Numbered from the stretch's first letter, positions 21,233 to 31,812 are shown. The stretch: DNA of 64,000 nt from a bacterium (GCA_043804925.1 JAZDIP010000086.1:17644-81643), one strand, 5' to 3'. Notes: generated by a model from the letters alone, not told the origin. Numbers and translations: made by a program.

Positions 21233-22225
21233 ATGGGATTATTTGATAAATTTAAAGATAAAGTTAGCCAGGCAATGCAATCAACTGGAGATGCACTTGG
21301 TTTTACTAAATTAAAAGAAGGTCTTGAAAAAACAAGAAACTCATTTTTGAATAATTTGCAGGGTATTCTTGGAATCGGAAGGAAAATTGACGAATCGCTT
21401 TTACAGGAAATTGAAGACTTGTTGATTTCAGCTGATGTTGGTGTTCAGACAGCAGATGTAATTATTGATGCACTCAGGATTAGAGTAAAAGAAGAAGGAC
21501 ACGAAAATGCAGATGATGTTCTTAATATGCTAAAAGAAGAAATTCACGGAATTTTGCTTAAATCTCCCTCAGCTAATAATGACGCAAACTATTCGATAGA
21601 TGAAAGCAACAAACCGCATACGATTATGGTTGTCGGCGTTAACGGTGTCGGTAAAACAACAACGATTGGAAAGCTGGCATATAATTATAAAAATGCAGGT
21701 AAACAGGTTCTAATAGGTGCGGCAGATACTTTTCGTGCCGCCGCAAATGAACAACTCGAGGTTTGGGCTAAAAGAGCAAATGTGCCAATCGTTCAGCAAG
21801 CACAGGGAGCAGACCCTGCCGCAGTTGCTTTCGATACATTGAAATCTGCACAATCAAAGGGTTTTGATGTTGTAATTATTGATACAGCGGGGAGATTGCA
21901 CAATAAAGGAAATCTGATGGCTGAACTTTCTAAAATCAATCGTGTAATGAAAAAGCTTAAAGAATCTGCTCCTGATGATGTTTATTTGGTTTTGGATGCA
22001 ACAACAGGTCAAAATGCACTGCAACAGGCGAAGGAGTTTATGAAAGTTGCAGATATTTCCGGAATTGTTTTAACTAAACTTGATGGAACAGCAAAAGGAG
22101 GCATCGTACTTGCAATTGCAAATGAATTAAAAATCCCTGTCAGGTATATTGGTGTTGGAGAAAAGATAGATAATCTTCAGGTGTTTGAACCGGATTTCTT
22201 TGTTGAAGCGTTGTTTGGGAGTTGA
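21233..22225 (+). CDS. ftsY: SRP receptor FtsY
   Basis: GVNGVGKTTTIGKLA, DTFRAAA, DTAGR, TKLDGTAKGG. Confidence 0.98.
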   Translation: MGLFDKFKDKVSQAMQSTGDALGFTKLKEGLEKTRNSFLNNLQGILGIGRKIDESLLQEIEDLLISADVGVQTADVIIDALRIRVKEEGHENADDVLNMLKEEIHGILLKSPSANNDANYSIDESNKPHTIMVVGVNGVGKTTTIGKLAYNYKNAGKQVLIGAADTFRAAANEQLEVWAKRANVPIVQQAQGADPAAVAFDTLKSAQSKGFDVVIIDTAGRLHNKGNLMAELSKINRVMKKLKESAPDDVYLVLDATTGQNALQQAKEFMKVADISGIVLTKLDGTAKGGIVLAIANELKIPVRYIGVGEKIDNLQVFEPDFFVEALFGS

Positions 22226-22227
22226 AA

Positions 22228-22323
22228 CTCCGTGTATCTCCGTGTAACAAAATGCTTAAAAAGAAATTACATAGAAAACCACGGAGAAAAACTTAGCGTA
22301 AACTTTGCGTATTTTGCGGTAAA
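22228..22323. repeat. Short degenerate tandem/inverted repeats (CTCCGTG, CACGGAG, YTTTGCG)
   Basis: ctccgtgtat ctccgtgtaa ... cacggag ... cttagcgt ctttgcgt ttttgcggt; similar motifs at 46411-46443. Confidence 0.6.
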
Positions 22324-22355
22324 ATATGTAGTAAAACGAAATTGAAAAATAATTT

Positions 22356-23705
22356 ATGAAAGCAAAATCAATTTTTATATGCCAGCAATGTGGAGCCAGG
22401 TCTGCACGATGGGTGGGTAAGTGTCCTAACTGCGGTGCATGGGATTCTTATACTGAAGAAGCTATTAGTGTCGGACCGAAAAATATTGCTAAAGTTCCAA
22501 TCGGAAAGAACAAACCGGTCCGCTTATCTGAGATTAATACAGATGGCGAATTCCGTTTAGCAACAAAAATAAAAGAACTTGACAGAGTCTTAGGTGGTGG
22601 AATCATTCCCGGTTCATTAATATTAGTGGGTGGTGACCCTGGTATCGGAAAATCTACATTAATGCTTCAAATGTGTACAGGATTAAAACAATTCAATCCG
22701 TTTTACATAACAGGTGAAGAATCTTTACAGCAAATCAAATATCGCTCAAAACGAATCAGCGGAATACCTGATGACATTTTGCTTTTAGCTGAAACCAATA
22801 TCGAACAAATTGATTATGCTATCAAATCTTCCGATTGTAACATAGCAATAGTTGATTCCATACAGTCCGTATATACAGAAAAAATTGAATCAACACCCGG
22901 TAGCGTTAGTCAGGTCAGAGAATGTACAGGACTATTGATGCAGACAGCAAAGCAAACCGGAAAAGCGATTTTCATTATTGGTCATGTTACAAAAGAAGGT
23001 GTTATAGCCGGACCGAAAATACTTGAACACATGGTTGATACAGTATTGATGTTCGAAGGCGAGAAAACATACTCTTATAGAATTTTAAGAGCAACAAAGA
23101 ACAGATTCGGTTCGACAAATGAAATCGGCATTTTCGAAATGTCCGGGTCAGGTTTGAAACAGGTTTCAAATCCGTCAGAGTTATTTTTAGCTCAGCGTCA
23201 GGAAGAAGATTCGGGTGTGGCTATTGTAGCGGCAATAGAAGGGACAAGGCCGATTTTGCTCGAAGTACAGGCATTGGTAAGCCCCTCAGGTTTTGCCGTA
23301 CCACAAAGAACTGCAAATGGTGTTGATGTCCGAAGGTTGAATATGATTCTCGCTGTCCTAGAAAAACGTCTGGGATTGAAGTTCAGGCAATACGATGTCT
23401 TTGTTAATATAGCTGGTGGTGTTTACATTAGCGACCCGGCAATTGATTTGGGGATAGCTGCAGCACTGGTGAGTTCACTTCGTGATAAACCCATCCATTC
23501 AAAAGCTGTTTTAATTGGTGAAATTGGATTGACAGGTGAAGTACGTGCAGTATCTGCTATCGAGCAACGAATCAAGGAAGCAGAAAAACTTGGCTTCAAT
23601 AAAATTATTTTGCCTAAGCATAGTCATAAAAAATTACAGGGAAGTTTTAAAGTTGCAATGACTCCTGTGGAGAGAATTTCTTTGGCTTTGGCAGATATAT
23701 TCTAA
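22356..23705 (+). CDS. radA: DNA repair protein RadA/Sms
   Basis: CQQCG...CPNCG Zn finger, GGDPGIGKST, KNRFG motif, Lon-like C-terminus. Confidence 0.98.
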   Translation: MKAKSIFICQQCGARSARWVGKCPNCGAWDSYTEEAISVGPKNIAKVPIGKNKPVRLSEINTDGEFRLATKIKELDRVLGGGIIPGSLILVGGDPGIGKSTLMLQMCTGLKQFNPFYITGEESLQQIKYRSKRISGIPDDILLLAETNIEQIDYAIKSSDCNIAIVDSIQSVYTEKIESTPGSVSQVRECTGLLMQTAKQTGKAIFIIGHVTKEGVIAGPKILEHMVDTVLMFEGEKTYSYRILRATKNRFGSTNEIGIFEMSGSGLKQVSNPSELFLAQRQEEDSGVAIVAAIEGTRPILLEVQALVSPSGFAVPQRTANGVDVRRLNMILAVLEKRLGLKFRQYDVFVNIAGGVYISDPAIDLGIAAALVSSLRDKPIHSKAVLIGEIGLTGEVRAVSAIEQRIKEAEKLGFNKIILPKHSHKKLQGSFKVAMTPVERISLALADIF

Positions 23706-23721
23706 AAATAACGGCATAATT

Positions 23722-24714
23722 ATGAAATTTATAGACTACTCGAAAATATTTATTAAGTCAGGAGACGGTGGACCCGGACATATAAGCTTCAGGCGAGAGA
23801 AGTTTGTTCCAAAAGGTGGACCCGATGGAGGAAACGGAGGAAAAGGCGGAGATGTTGTCTTTTTTACCGACAGGCACTTAACCACACTCCTTGATTTTAG
23901 ATACAGGAAGAATTATTTTGCAGATAATGGTGTTCAGGGTGGAAAAAAAAGATGTTCCGGTAAGGACGGAAAGAACATTATTATCAAAGTGCCTTGCGGT
24001 ACTGTCATTAAGGATGCAAATACCGATGAAATAATTGCAGACCTTCATGAAGAAGGAATTACTTATACTTTAGCTGAAGGCGGCAAGGGAGGCAGAGGTA
24101 ATGCAGAGTTTGCTACTCCGACTAATCAAACTCCCAGATATGCTCAGCCCGGTATTCCCGGAATTGAAATGGAAATTGTTCTTGAATTGAAATTGATTGC
24201 TGATGTAGGTATCGTTGGATATCCGAATGTCGGGAAGTCAACATTGATTTCTGTTATATCCGACGCGAAGCCGAAGATAGCCGATTATCCTTTTACTACT
24301 CTTGTTCCAAACCTTGGAATGGTCAGGGTTGCCGAAGGACAAAGTTATGTAGTTGCAGATATTCCCGGTCTAATCGAAGGAGCACATGAGGGCAAGGGAT
24401 TAGGACATCAGTTTTTAAGACATGTAGAAAGAACAAAAGTTCTTTTATTTATGATTGAATCAACAAGTGAAAATCCAAAAACAGATTTCAAAGTGCTTTT
24501 TAATGAATTGACTAAATACAATCCGGATATGAAGTACAAAAAGAAAATAATTTGCTTCAGCAAATCCGATTTGGTTGATGATGCGACTAAACAAAAGCTA
24601 TTAAAAACAAAATTCACAGGTATAAAATCTGCTTCTCTAATAATTTCAGCACCGATGATGGAAAATCTGGATGAGTTGAAATGGGAGATGTGGAAGATGG
24701 TGGAGGAGGATTAA
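23722..24714 (+). CDS. obgE: GTPase ObgE/CgtA
   Basis: FRREKFVPKGGPDGGNGG, GYPNVGKST, YPFTT, DIPG. Confidence 0.98.
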   Translation: MKFIDYSKIFIKSGDGGPGHISFRREKFVPKGGPDGGNGGKGGDVVFFTDRHLTTLLDFRYRKNYFADNGVQGGKKRCSGKDGKNIIIKVPCGTVIKDANTDEIIADLHEEGITYTLAEGGKGGRGNAEFATPTNQTPRYAQPGIPGIEMEIVLELKLIADVGIVGYPNVGKSTLISVISDAKPKIADYPFTTLVPNLGMVRVAEGQSYVVADIPGLIEGAHEGKGLGHQFLRHVERTKVLLFMIESTSENPKTDFKVLFNELTKYNPDMKYKKKIICFSKSDLVDDATKQKLLKTKFTGIKSASLIISAPMMENLDELKWEMWKMVEED

Positions 24715-24735
24715 AATGTTTTATCATAGCAGGAA

Positions 24736-24832
24736 CCTGACTTCCGCACCGAAACACCCAACTCAAAAATACAAATATAGTATTTATGTGGATTCCTACC
24801 GATTTTTTTTTAAAAAAAGTGCGGAAGTCAGG
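24736..24832. mobile_element. 97-bp MITE-like element with perfect 14-bp terminal inverted repeats
   Basis: CCTGACTTCCGCAC ... GTGCGGAAGTCAGG around an AT-rich core. Confidence 0.6.
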
Positions 24833-24894
24833 AAAATATTCTTTCTATTTCCCCGATGTTTTATAATTTAAATTGAAAATTTGTATTATATCCT

Positions 24895-26721
24895 TTACTT
24901 TTTATGTTTTTCTGCTTTCACATTTATTGTTTTTTCAGCATTATCCCTAACAATAAGAAGCTGAATGCTATCACCGGGTTTTGTTAAACTTAAAGCGGTT
25001 TCTAAATCGAAATAATTTTTAATTTCTTTGCCATTTACTTTACAAATAACATCACCTGCTTTTAGATTTGATTTACTGGCAGGACTATTCCTGAAAATAT
25101 CAGCAATTACAAGACCTTTCTGATTAATTTCATAGTCCGGCATAATCCCAAGCCAGCAGTCATATCCTCTTTTTGCATCTTTATATTCCGTAATAGAAGG
25201 GTCAGGAAAAAAAGAAGGTCGTAAACCCGAATTCCCAATGTCTTGAATAAGATTATTTGCAAAATAAATTACTCTTGGTATTTCGGAATAATTTATTTTT
25301 TCCTGAGTATCCGATGGCTTCCAAAGATCTGTATGTAAGCCGGTAGTGAACATCAGAACAGGTATATCGGATGAATAAAATGGGAGATGGTCGCTTTTAC
25401 AAAAGCTATGATGTCCGGGTATTAACATTAAAGTCGAATCTTGTGATTTAGCGGAATTTAAATTTTGAGAGAAATTAGCTCCGGTGCCGCTTCCAATAAT
25501 ACTCAATCTATCGTTTCTAAGCTTACCAATTGTATTTAAATTTATCATCAATATCATTTTTTCAGCTGATACCGGTGGATTAGAAATAAATGCTTTTGAA
25601 CCATCTTGCCCTGTTACAGATGCATTAAAACCAACAAAAAGCACAGGTCTTTTTAATGGATTTTGCTTAACTAACTTAGCCAATTCTATTAAAGCGGCAG
25701 AACCAGAAGCATTAAAATCAGCGCTATTCAATACTGTCCATACTTTTGGTCTCCATTTTGGTGTTTCCCAATAAGCACCCAAACCATCAAAATTAGCACC
25801 AACCACTATGTATTCATTTTCAAAATCAGGGTCAGTGCCTTTGACTAAACCAACAACGTTATTCAACTCTTTCTGAACTTCTTCAACATCAACTGTAATT
25901 GACATCTTGATATCGGGTAATACAAAGCTTTTTGGTTTTTTTGTTGTATTTATTTCCTTTTCTACTTTTAGCAATGGTTCTTGTTTTGTAAAGAACTCTG
26001 ACATAAGAGTTCTGTTTGCATGCAAGGCGACTATTTCGGACTTGTATTTCCTGTCAACATCAAAATCATAAAAAACATTTGCTGAATCATGCAATACTTT
26101 TACAAAAACAATGGCAGCTGCACCATGTTTAAGAGCATTATCGGCTTTATAACTTAAATCAGAATATGGTGTCCAGAAATCATCGAGAGGAAGACCTTCA
26201 GAAGAATCTGCCAGCACAATTACAATTTTTCCATTTACATCAATCCCCTCATAATCATCATACCCGGATTCTTTTGCAGTTACACCGTATCCGCAAAAGA
26301 CTACTTCACCTTTAGCGGTTCCATTTTTACTGAATCTCATTGGAATCCAATCTTTTCCCGAAGTCCATGTTTTCGTTCTTGACCTAAGCATATTCTCAGG
26401 AACTCCCGGCTTTCTGATTAAGACATCAAATGAAACTGCCGAGCTTGGACCTATAGCCAGAGTATCAATATATTTGAATGGTTTGAAGTATGAATCACCT
26501 ATAGTTTCCAAGCCAGATTCCTTGAATTTTCCTGCAATATATTCTCCTGCTTTTTTGTTCTCCGGAGTTCCCGGAAAACGTCCCTGCATTTCGGTTGAGG
26601 AAAGAAAAGTAATATGTGATTTCAACTGAGATACCATGTCATCACCAGTTTGTGCGGATGTTTTTTGATTTATTGTCAATGACATAACAACAACAATAGC
26701 AAGTATGTATATAGTTTTCAT
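24895..26721 (-). CDS. M28-peptidase-like protein with PA and PDZ domains; metal ligands degenerate
   Basis: Signal peptide MKTIYIL; MQGRFPGT; PA domain (VVFCGYG...DDYEGIDVNGKIV); SDH; C-terminal PDZ (LGIMPD...SPASKSNLKAGDVI). Confidence 0.85.
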   Translation of the reverse strand: MKTIYILAIVVVMSLTINQKTSAQTGDDMVSQLKSHITFLSSTEMQGRFPGTPENKKAGEYIAGKFKESGLETIGDSYFKPFKYIDTLAIGPSSAVSFDVLIRKPGVPENMLRSRTKTWTSGKDWIPMRFSKNGTAKGEVVFCGYGVTAKESGYDDYEGIDVNGKIVIVLADSSEGLPLDDFWTPYSDLSYKADNALKHGAAAIVFVKVLHDSANVFYDFDVDRKYKSEIVALHANRTLMSEFFTKQEPLLKVEKEINTTKKPKSFVLPDIKMSITVDVEEVQKELNNVVGLVKGTDPDFENEYIVVGANFDGLGAYWETPKWRPKVWTVLNSADFNASGSAALIELAKLVKQNPLKRPVLFVGFNASVTGQDGSKAFISNPPVSAEKMILMINLNTIGKLRNDRLSIIGSGTGANFSQNLNSAKSQDSTLMLIPGHHSFCKSDHLPFYSSDIPVLMFTTGLHTDLWKPSDTQEKINYSEIPRVIYFANNLIQDIGNSGLRPSFFPDPSITEYKDAKRGYDCWLGIMPDYEINQKGLVIADIFRNSPASKSNLKAGDVICKVNGKEIKNYFDLETALSLTKPGDSIQLLIVRDNAEKTINVKAEKHKK

Positions 26722-26872
26722 AACAAATCCCCTGTATTTCGGAAACAAAATTTTAAAAATACAAATTACAAAAATCAACTTAATTTATTTAGACAAACAA
26801 ACAAAATTTTTTTTAATTTAATATTCAGAAAATTTAAAGAAATATTTAATAATATTTTTACATATAGAGTAA

Positions 26873-28933
26873 TTAGCCCTGAACAATGCTATCAATATAT
26901 TTATTTTTCTCAATTTTTGATATATATTGACGCAGTTGGTTAATATCTTTGACTTCTAATTCAATGAGTATGCAAGCAGACTTCTTAGCAGTTTTTATCT
27001 TTTCGGAAGACCTAATGACCAGCTTTCTTGAAGCGGCTTCATCAACAATTACATTTAGCATATTGTTATAATTCAAGCCAAATACTTTGATTTTTGCTGT
27101 TTGAACCGAATCCGATGTCATCCATTCAGCTTTTTTGAATTTATCTTTTTCGAAAGCAGATGAAGAAATAAACCTGCAATTAACTGAATGAATCTTAATT
27201 TCCGATTTGCTAGTAACATATGCAGTAATAGGTTCTCCTTTAATAGGATTGCAGCATTTTGACAGCTTCGTTTCAATACCTTCCATTCCTTCAACTTTAA
27301 TCTGTGGAGGGCGTGCAATTGAATTTTTATTGCTAATTGACCTTTCTTTTGCTTTAACTTCGAAAGCAGACGGATATAATTTCCTGAGTAGAGTCTGACT
27401 GCATTTTATTGAGTTAATTGAAATTGCAGAGTAAAAATCATCAGCCATTTTAAAACCAACACCGGACAGGTTGTTTTTAAAAGTCTGCTCATCTGCATGA
27501 GTTCCCAATTTTGTACGATATTGTTTCTTGAATTTTTCCCAAATTCTTTTTCCATCTGCAACTAATTGGTCTTTCTCATTCTTTTTTAACCAAATTAATA
27601 TTTTTGACCTTGCTTTTTGTGTCTTAACATAGTTAAGCCAGTCCCTGGATGGCTTTGAGTTCTTTGAACTAATAATTTCAACGACATCTCCGGATTTCAA
27701 TGCAGTAGTCAGCTTTGTGAGTTTCCCATTTACTTTAGAACCTGAAACCTGACTTCCTAAGCCCGTATGTATGGCATAAGCAAAATCAATAGGTGTAGAA
27801 TCTTTTCTTAATGTCTTTATATCTCCTTTGGGTGTAAGTACATGGATAAAATCACGCTTTTGCTCAGATTTTAAAAGCTCCTGCAACTCATAAGGATTAT
27901 CGAAGTATTCGTCTGTTTCAAGAAATTCTTTCAACCTTACAATCCAATCCGTTTTGTCTTCTGCTTTTTCACCCTCCTTATAAGCCCAGTGAGCCGCTGA
28001 GCCGAACTCTGCCTGACGATGCATTTCCTGAGTCCGAATTTGAATTTCGAACTTATCGCCTTTACGATTCAAGACAGTAGTCTGAATCGAGCGGTAGCCG
28101 TTTGGTTTCGGATATGTTACCCAATCCCTGAACCTGCCTTCTATCGGCACCCAACTGCTATGAACAACGCCAAGAACAAAATAGCAATCATCCAGCTTAT
28201 CAACAATAATCCGTAATGCCATTAAATCGAAAACATCATCGAGAGATACACCCTTGTTCTTTTGCTTTAGAAAAATACTGTACAATCTTTTTACCCTGAA
28301 GCTGATTGCCGCTTTAATTTTATTCTCTTTCAGCTTTAATGCAATATCCGAATTCATATCCCTGAGATTTTTCTCAAGCATATCTTTTCTTTTTTGCACT
28401 GCTTTGTACAATCTATGGTAATCAGAAGGGAACAGATGTTTAAAAGCAATATCGTCCATCTGCTGATAAATTATTCTCAATCCAAGACGGTGTGCAATAG
28501 GTGAATAGAGGTTCAGGCATTCATCGGCAATCCTGGTTAATTCATTTGAATTCTCTGATTCGGCATATTTCAAAGACACTAAACGTTCAGCCAGTTTGAT
28601 GAAAATAACAGACAGGTCATCTGCTATTCCGATGAATTGCTTTCTCATTATAGTGATATGCTTTTTGGAATCAGGGAAAGAAATGTTTCCAAGTCTTTGG
28701 AGCAATTCTATACGCTGGGATACTGCTTTGTCATATTTTGAATTTATAGAATTTGCTACATTCTTATTTGATAAATCGGCTAATAGCAAATACCCTGCTA
28801 ATAAGGATTCAACGTCAAGATTCAAATCGAGAAGCAAATCCAAAAGCATTAAAGATAATTTTTTCTGTTCCTCCGAATAAAAAGAACCGGAGAAATTAAT
28901 TAATTCCTTGCGAATGTCAGCAATATTATTCAT
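26873..28933 (-). CDS. relA: Long RelA/SpoT homologue with degenerate hydrolase domain
   Basis: YSPIAHRLG, RVKRLYSI, DLMALRII, PKPNGYRS, EIQIRT, AAHWAYKE; TGS, CC and ACT domains. Confidence 0.88.
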   Translation of the reverse strand: MNNIADIRKELINFSGSFYSEEQKKLSLMLLDLLLDLNLDVESLLAGYLLLADLSNKNVANSINSKYDKAVSQRIELLQRLGNISFPDSKKHITIMRKQFIGIADDLSVIFIKLAERLVSLKYAESENSNELTRIADECLNLYSPIAHRLGLRIIYQQMDDIAFKHLFPSDYHRLYKAVQKRKDMLEKNLRDMNSDIALKLKENKIKAAISFRVKRLYSIFLKQKNKGVSLDDVFDLMALRIIVDKLDDCYFVLGVVHSSWVPIEGRFRDWVTYPKPNGYRSIQTTVLNRKGDKFEIQIRTQEMHRQAEFGSAAHWAYKEGEKAEDKTDWIVRLKEFLETDEYFDNPYELQELLKSEQKRDFIHVLTPKGDIKTLRKDSTPIDFAYAIHTGLGSQVSGSKVNGKLTKLTTALKSGDVVEIISSKNSKPSRDWLNYVKTQKARSKILIWLKKNEKDQLVADGKRIWEKFKKQYRTKLGTHADEQTFKNNLSGVGFKMADDFYSAISINSIKCSQTLLRKLYPSAFEVKAKERSISNKNSIARPPQIKVEGMEGIETKLSKCCNPIKGEPITAYVTSKSEIKIHSVNCRFISSSAFEKDKFKKAEWMTSDSVQTAKIKVFGLNYNNMLNVIVDEAASRKLVIRSSEKIKTAKKSACILIELEVKDINQLRQYISKIEKNKYIDSIVQG

Positions 28934-29057
28934 TATAATATGAAAAAGATAAAATCAATAAGAGTGAAATAAAATTAAATTATTTTGTATAATATATATA
29001 TTTTTCAAAATTATTAATAAATAAAAAATAATTGTGGAAGTTTTTTTTATTAATCGT

Positions 29058-29678
29058 TCAGATTCCCGCTTCAAGTTCGCTGATTTTTTCAAGATAAAAA
29101 GTTTTTCTATCAGGATTAATTGTGATTAAATTTTTGTAAGCGGTTATTGCTTCCGAAAAAGCACCCTGAGAAATATATATTTTTGCAATAGTTTCGGATA
29201 TGATGCCTATTGGAAGTGGATTTTGACTTTCCTTAGATAAATTTGTTTCCATTGAAGGTTCGGAAACTTCAGCAAGTTTTTTTGCAATATCTTGAAGATT
29301 GTTCCCAAAATTCTCCTTACCGGACATATTTTCTTCAAGTATATTTTCTAATGTTGAGAACTCAGTATTAATTTCTTCAATGTTATTATCCATATCCTTG
29401 TTATTATATACAACTTCATAGAAAATATCTTCAAATTCTTCCTTCAGGAAATTTAAGGTTTTGTTTTCGGGGAAAATTTTCAAAGCATAATTTGTCGAAT
29501 TTTTTGCTTCATCAATTTGACCGGCGGATTTAAGAGCATTAATTAAGATTATCCAACCTGATAAGTATAAAGGATACTGCGCAACTCCATTTTTACACAT
29601 ACTGATAGCTTTGTCGAACATACGTGATTTCAACAATAATTCGGCATCGTTTGCAAAAAATGGGGTAGAGTCTGTCAT
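29058..29678 (-). CDS. TPR-containing hypothetical protein
   Basis: N-terminal TPR-like helices; C-terminal ISETIAKIYISQG..AITAYKNL...P. Confidence 0.75.
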   Translation of the reverse strand: MTDSTPFFANDAELLLKSRMFDKAISMCKNGVAQYPLYLSGWIILINALKSAGQIDEAKNSTNYALKIFPENKTLNFLKEEFEDIFYEVVYNNKDMDNNIEEINTEFSTLENILEENMSGKENFGNNLQDIAKKLAEVSEPSMETNLSKESQNPLPIGIISETIAKIYISQGAFSEAITAYKNLITINPDRKTFYLEKISELEAGI

Positions 29679-29694
29679 TTAATATCCGATAAAA

Positions 29695-30384
29695 TTAATC
29701 TCTGTTTCCAAATAATCTTAACAGGAACAGGAACAAGTTAATAAAATCAAGGTAGAGCCGTAAAGCACCCATAATAGCACCTTTGGCTACAGTATCTTCA
29801 TTTTCATACATTATTGTATACATTTCTTTTAGTTTTTGAGTATCATAAGCGGTTAGACCTGCAAATATTACAACACCAATAACGGATATCGCAAAGTTAA
29901 GAGCAGAACTTGCCATAAATATATTTACAACTCCTGCAATAATAATTCCAATTAAACCCATAAAAAGGAAGTTGCCTATGCCGGAAAGACTTTTTTTCGT
30001 AAAATATCCGTAAGCACTAAGTGCAGCAAACATAGCAGCGGTTATGAAAAACACTTCCTGAATTGATTCAAGCGTATATACAGCCAATATAACAGATAAC
30101 GTTATACCGTTTAATAAAGAATATCCCAAAAACATTAGTGCGGCTGTAGCTCTTGACATTTTTTCGATTCTGGCTGAAAGGACAAAAACCAGTATCAATT
30201 CAACAATAATCAAAGGGAGAATGAAGCCACTAATTTGAAAGTATAAACCGGAATCAAATACATACCATGCGGCACCGGCAGTCAATAAAAGTCCCCCGAA
30301 CATCCATGCATAAACCTTTGATAAAAATTCGGTTTGTGCCTGAGCAATTGCATCCTGCCCCATTGTTGACACAGCTTTATTCAT
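29695..30384 (-). CDS. Bax inhibitor-1 / YccA-family membrane protein
   Basis: About 7 TM helices; FLSKVYAWM, TAYDTQKLK, GALRLYLDFINLF. Confidence 0.95.
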   Translation of the reverse strand: MNKAVSTMGQDAIAQAQTEFLSKVYAWMFGGLLLTAGAAWYVFDSGLYFQISGFILPLIIVELILVFVLSARIEKMSRATAALMFLGYSLLNGITLSVILAVYTLESIQEVFFITAAMFAALSAYGYFTKKSLSGIGNFLFMGLIGIIIAGVVNIFMASSALNFAISVIGVVIFAGLTAYDTQKLKEMYTIMYENEDTVAKGAIMGALRLYLDFINLFLFLLRLFGNRD

Positions 30385-30561
30385 ATATCTACTCCATCAT
30401 TTAAAATCACATTTTAAAATTATATATCGAAAAATTATTATTATTATTGTTGAAATATTTTGGAAGTATTACAAAATTTTCAATTTTATATAGGACATAC
30501 ATTTAACATGTCTCTGAATTTTCACCGGTCCCAGAATCTAACCTCTGCTTTTCAAGTTAGA

Positions 30562-31536
30562 TTATTTCACCCTGTCAATTACGAAATCACAAAAGCTAAG
30601 CAAAGAGCGTTTTGCCGGAGAATCATTAAATTCCTGAATGATAAATCTTGCCTTATCGCTAAACTCCCATGATACTTTCTCAGCATAGTCAATACCACCC
30701 TGCTCATGAACAAAATCAATTATTTTTTGAATATCGGACTTTCTTAAATTTCCTTTTTTAACAATACCTGTGATTTCTTTTGCGACCTTTTTAGGTACGT
30801 TTTTAATCGAATAAATCAAAGGCAAAGTCATTTTCTTTTCCTTCAAATCATTACCAACGGGCTTACCGATAAAAGAATTTTTACTTTGATAATCAAAAAT
30901 ATCGTCGCGGATTTGAAAAGCAGTGCCGATTAATTCTCCGAAAGTTCTCATTTTTTTATGTATAGCTTTATCTGATGAAGCACTAATGGCACCAATTTCG
31001 CAGCAGGAAGCCATCAATGATGCTGTCTTGTTTGAGATAATCTTAAAATATGTTACTTCGTCAATATCAATATCCTTGCTCTTTTGAATTTGGAGCAATT
31101 CTCCTTCACTCATTCTCCTGACTGCTTCTGAGGTTGCGTGCAAAAAATCAAATTCACGATTATCTATAGCACTGAGTAAACCTTTTCCTAAAAGATAATC
31201 GCCAATTAAAACAGCTATTTTATTATTCCATGAAGCGTTAATCGAAGCCATTCCACGCCGTTCTGCGGCTTCGTCAACGACATCGTCATGAACCAATGTT
31301 GCAGTGTGAAGTAATTCAACCATAGCAGCACCAATATAAGACCTTTGATTAACTCCTCCACATAGTTCAGCAGATAAGAACACCAAAACCGGTCTTACCT
31401 GTTTGCCTTTCTTTTTAGTTATATATTGTATAACTAAATTCAGTAAAGCAACATCTGACTTCATCAAACTCTTAAAGTATTTATTATATTCTTCAAGATG
31501 TTTGTTTATGGGCTCCCCAATTTCTTTAATAGTCAT
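30562..31536 (-). CDS. ispB: Long-chain polyprenyl diphosphate synthase
   Basis: GKQVRP, LVHDDVVD..RRG, FQIRDDIFD, GKPVGNDLKE. Confidence 0.93.
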   Translation of the reverse strand: MTIKEIGEPINKHLEEYNKYFKSLMKSDVALLNLVIQYITKKKGKQVRPVLVFLSAELCGGVNQRSYIGAAMVELLHTATLVHDDVVDEAAERRGMASINASWNNKIAVLIGDYLLGKGLLSAIDNREFDFLHATSEAVRRMSEGELLQIQKSKDIDIDEVTYFKIISNKTASLMASCCEIGAISASSDKAIHKKMRTFGELIGTAFQIRDDIFDYQSKNSFIGKPVGNDLKEKKMTLPLIYSIKNVPKKVAKEITGIVKKGNLRKSDIQKIIDFVHEQGGIDYAEKVSWEFSDKARFIIQEFNDSPAKRSLLSFCDFVIDRVK

Positions 31537-31812
31537 GCTTTAATATAAATAAATAGCGATTTTTTAAAAACCATAAACAACAATATACAATATTTTACTA
31601 AATTATTTTAAAAAAATTTGAATTAATATTATTAATAAAAGGAAACATTGTGTTTAACCTAATGTTTGTCTTCAAATATTAATAAAATATTTAACAAAAT
31701 ATTTTGATAAGCCATTCGATATTACCCACAAGAAGCAATAAAATTGTACATTATTGTTAATATTAAATGTTATTTTTGTTTTTTATTTTTTATTGAAAAG
31801 GAAAAAGTTTTA

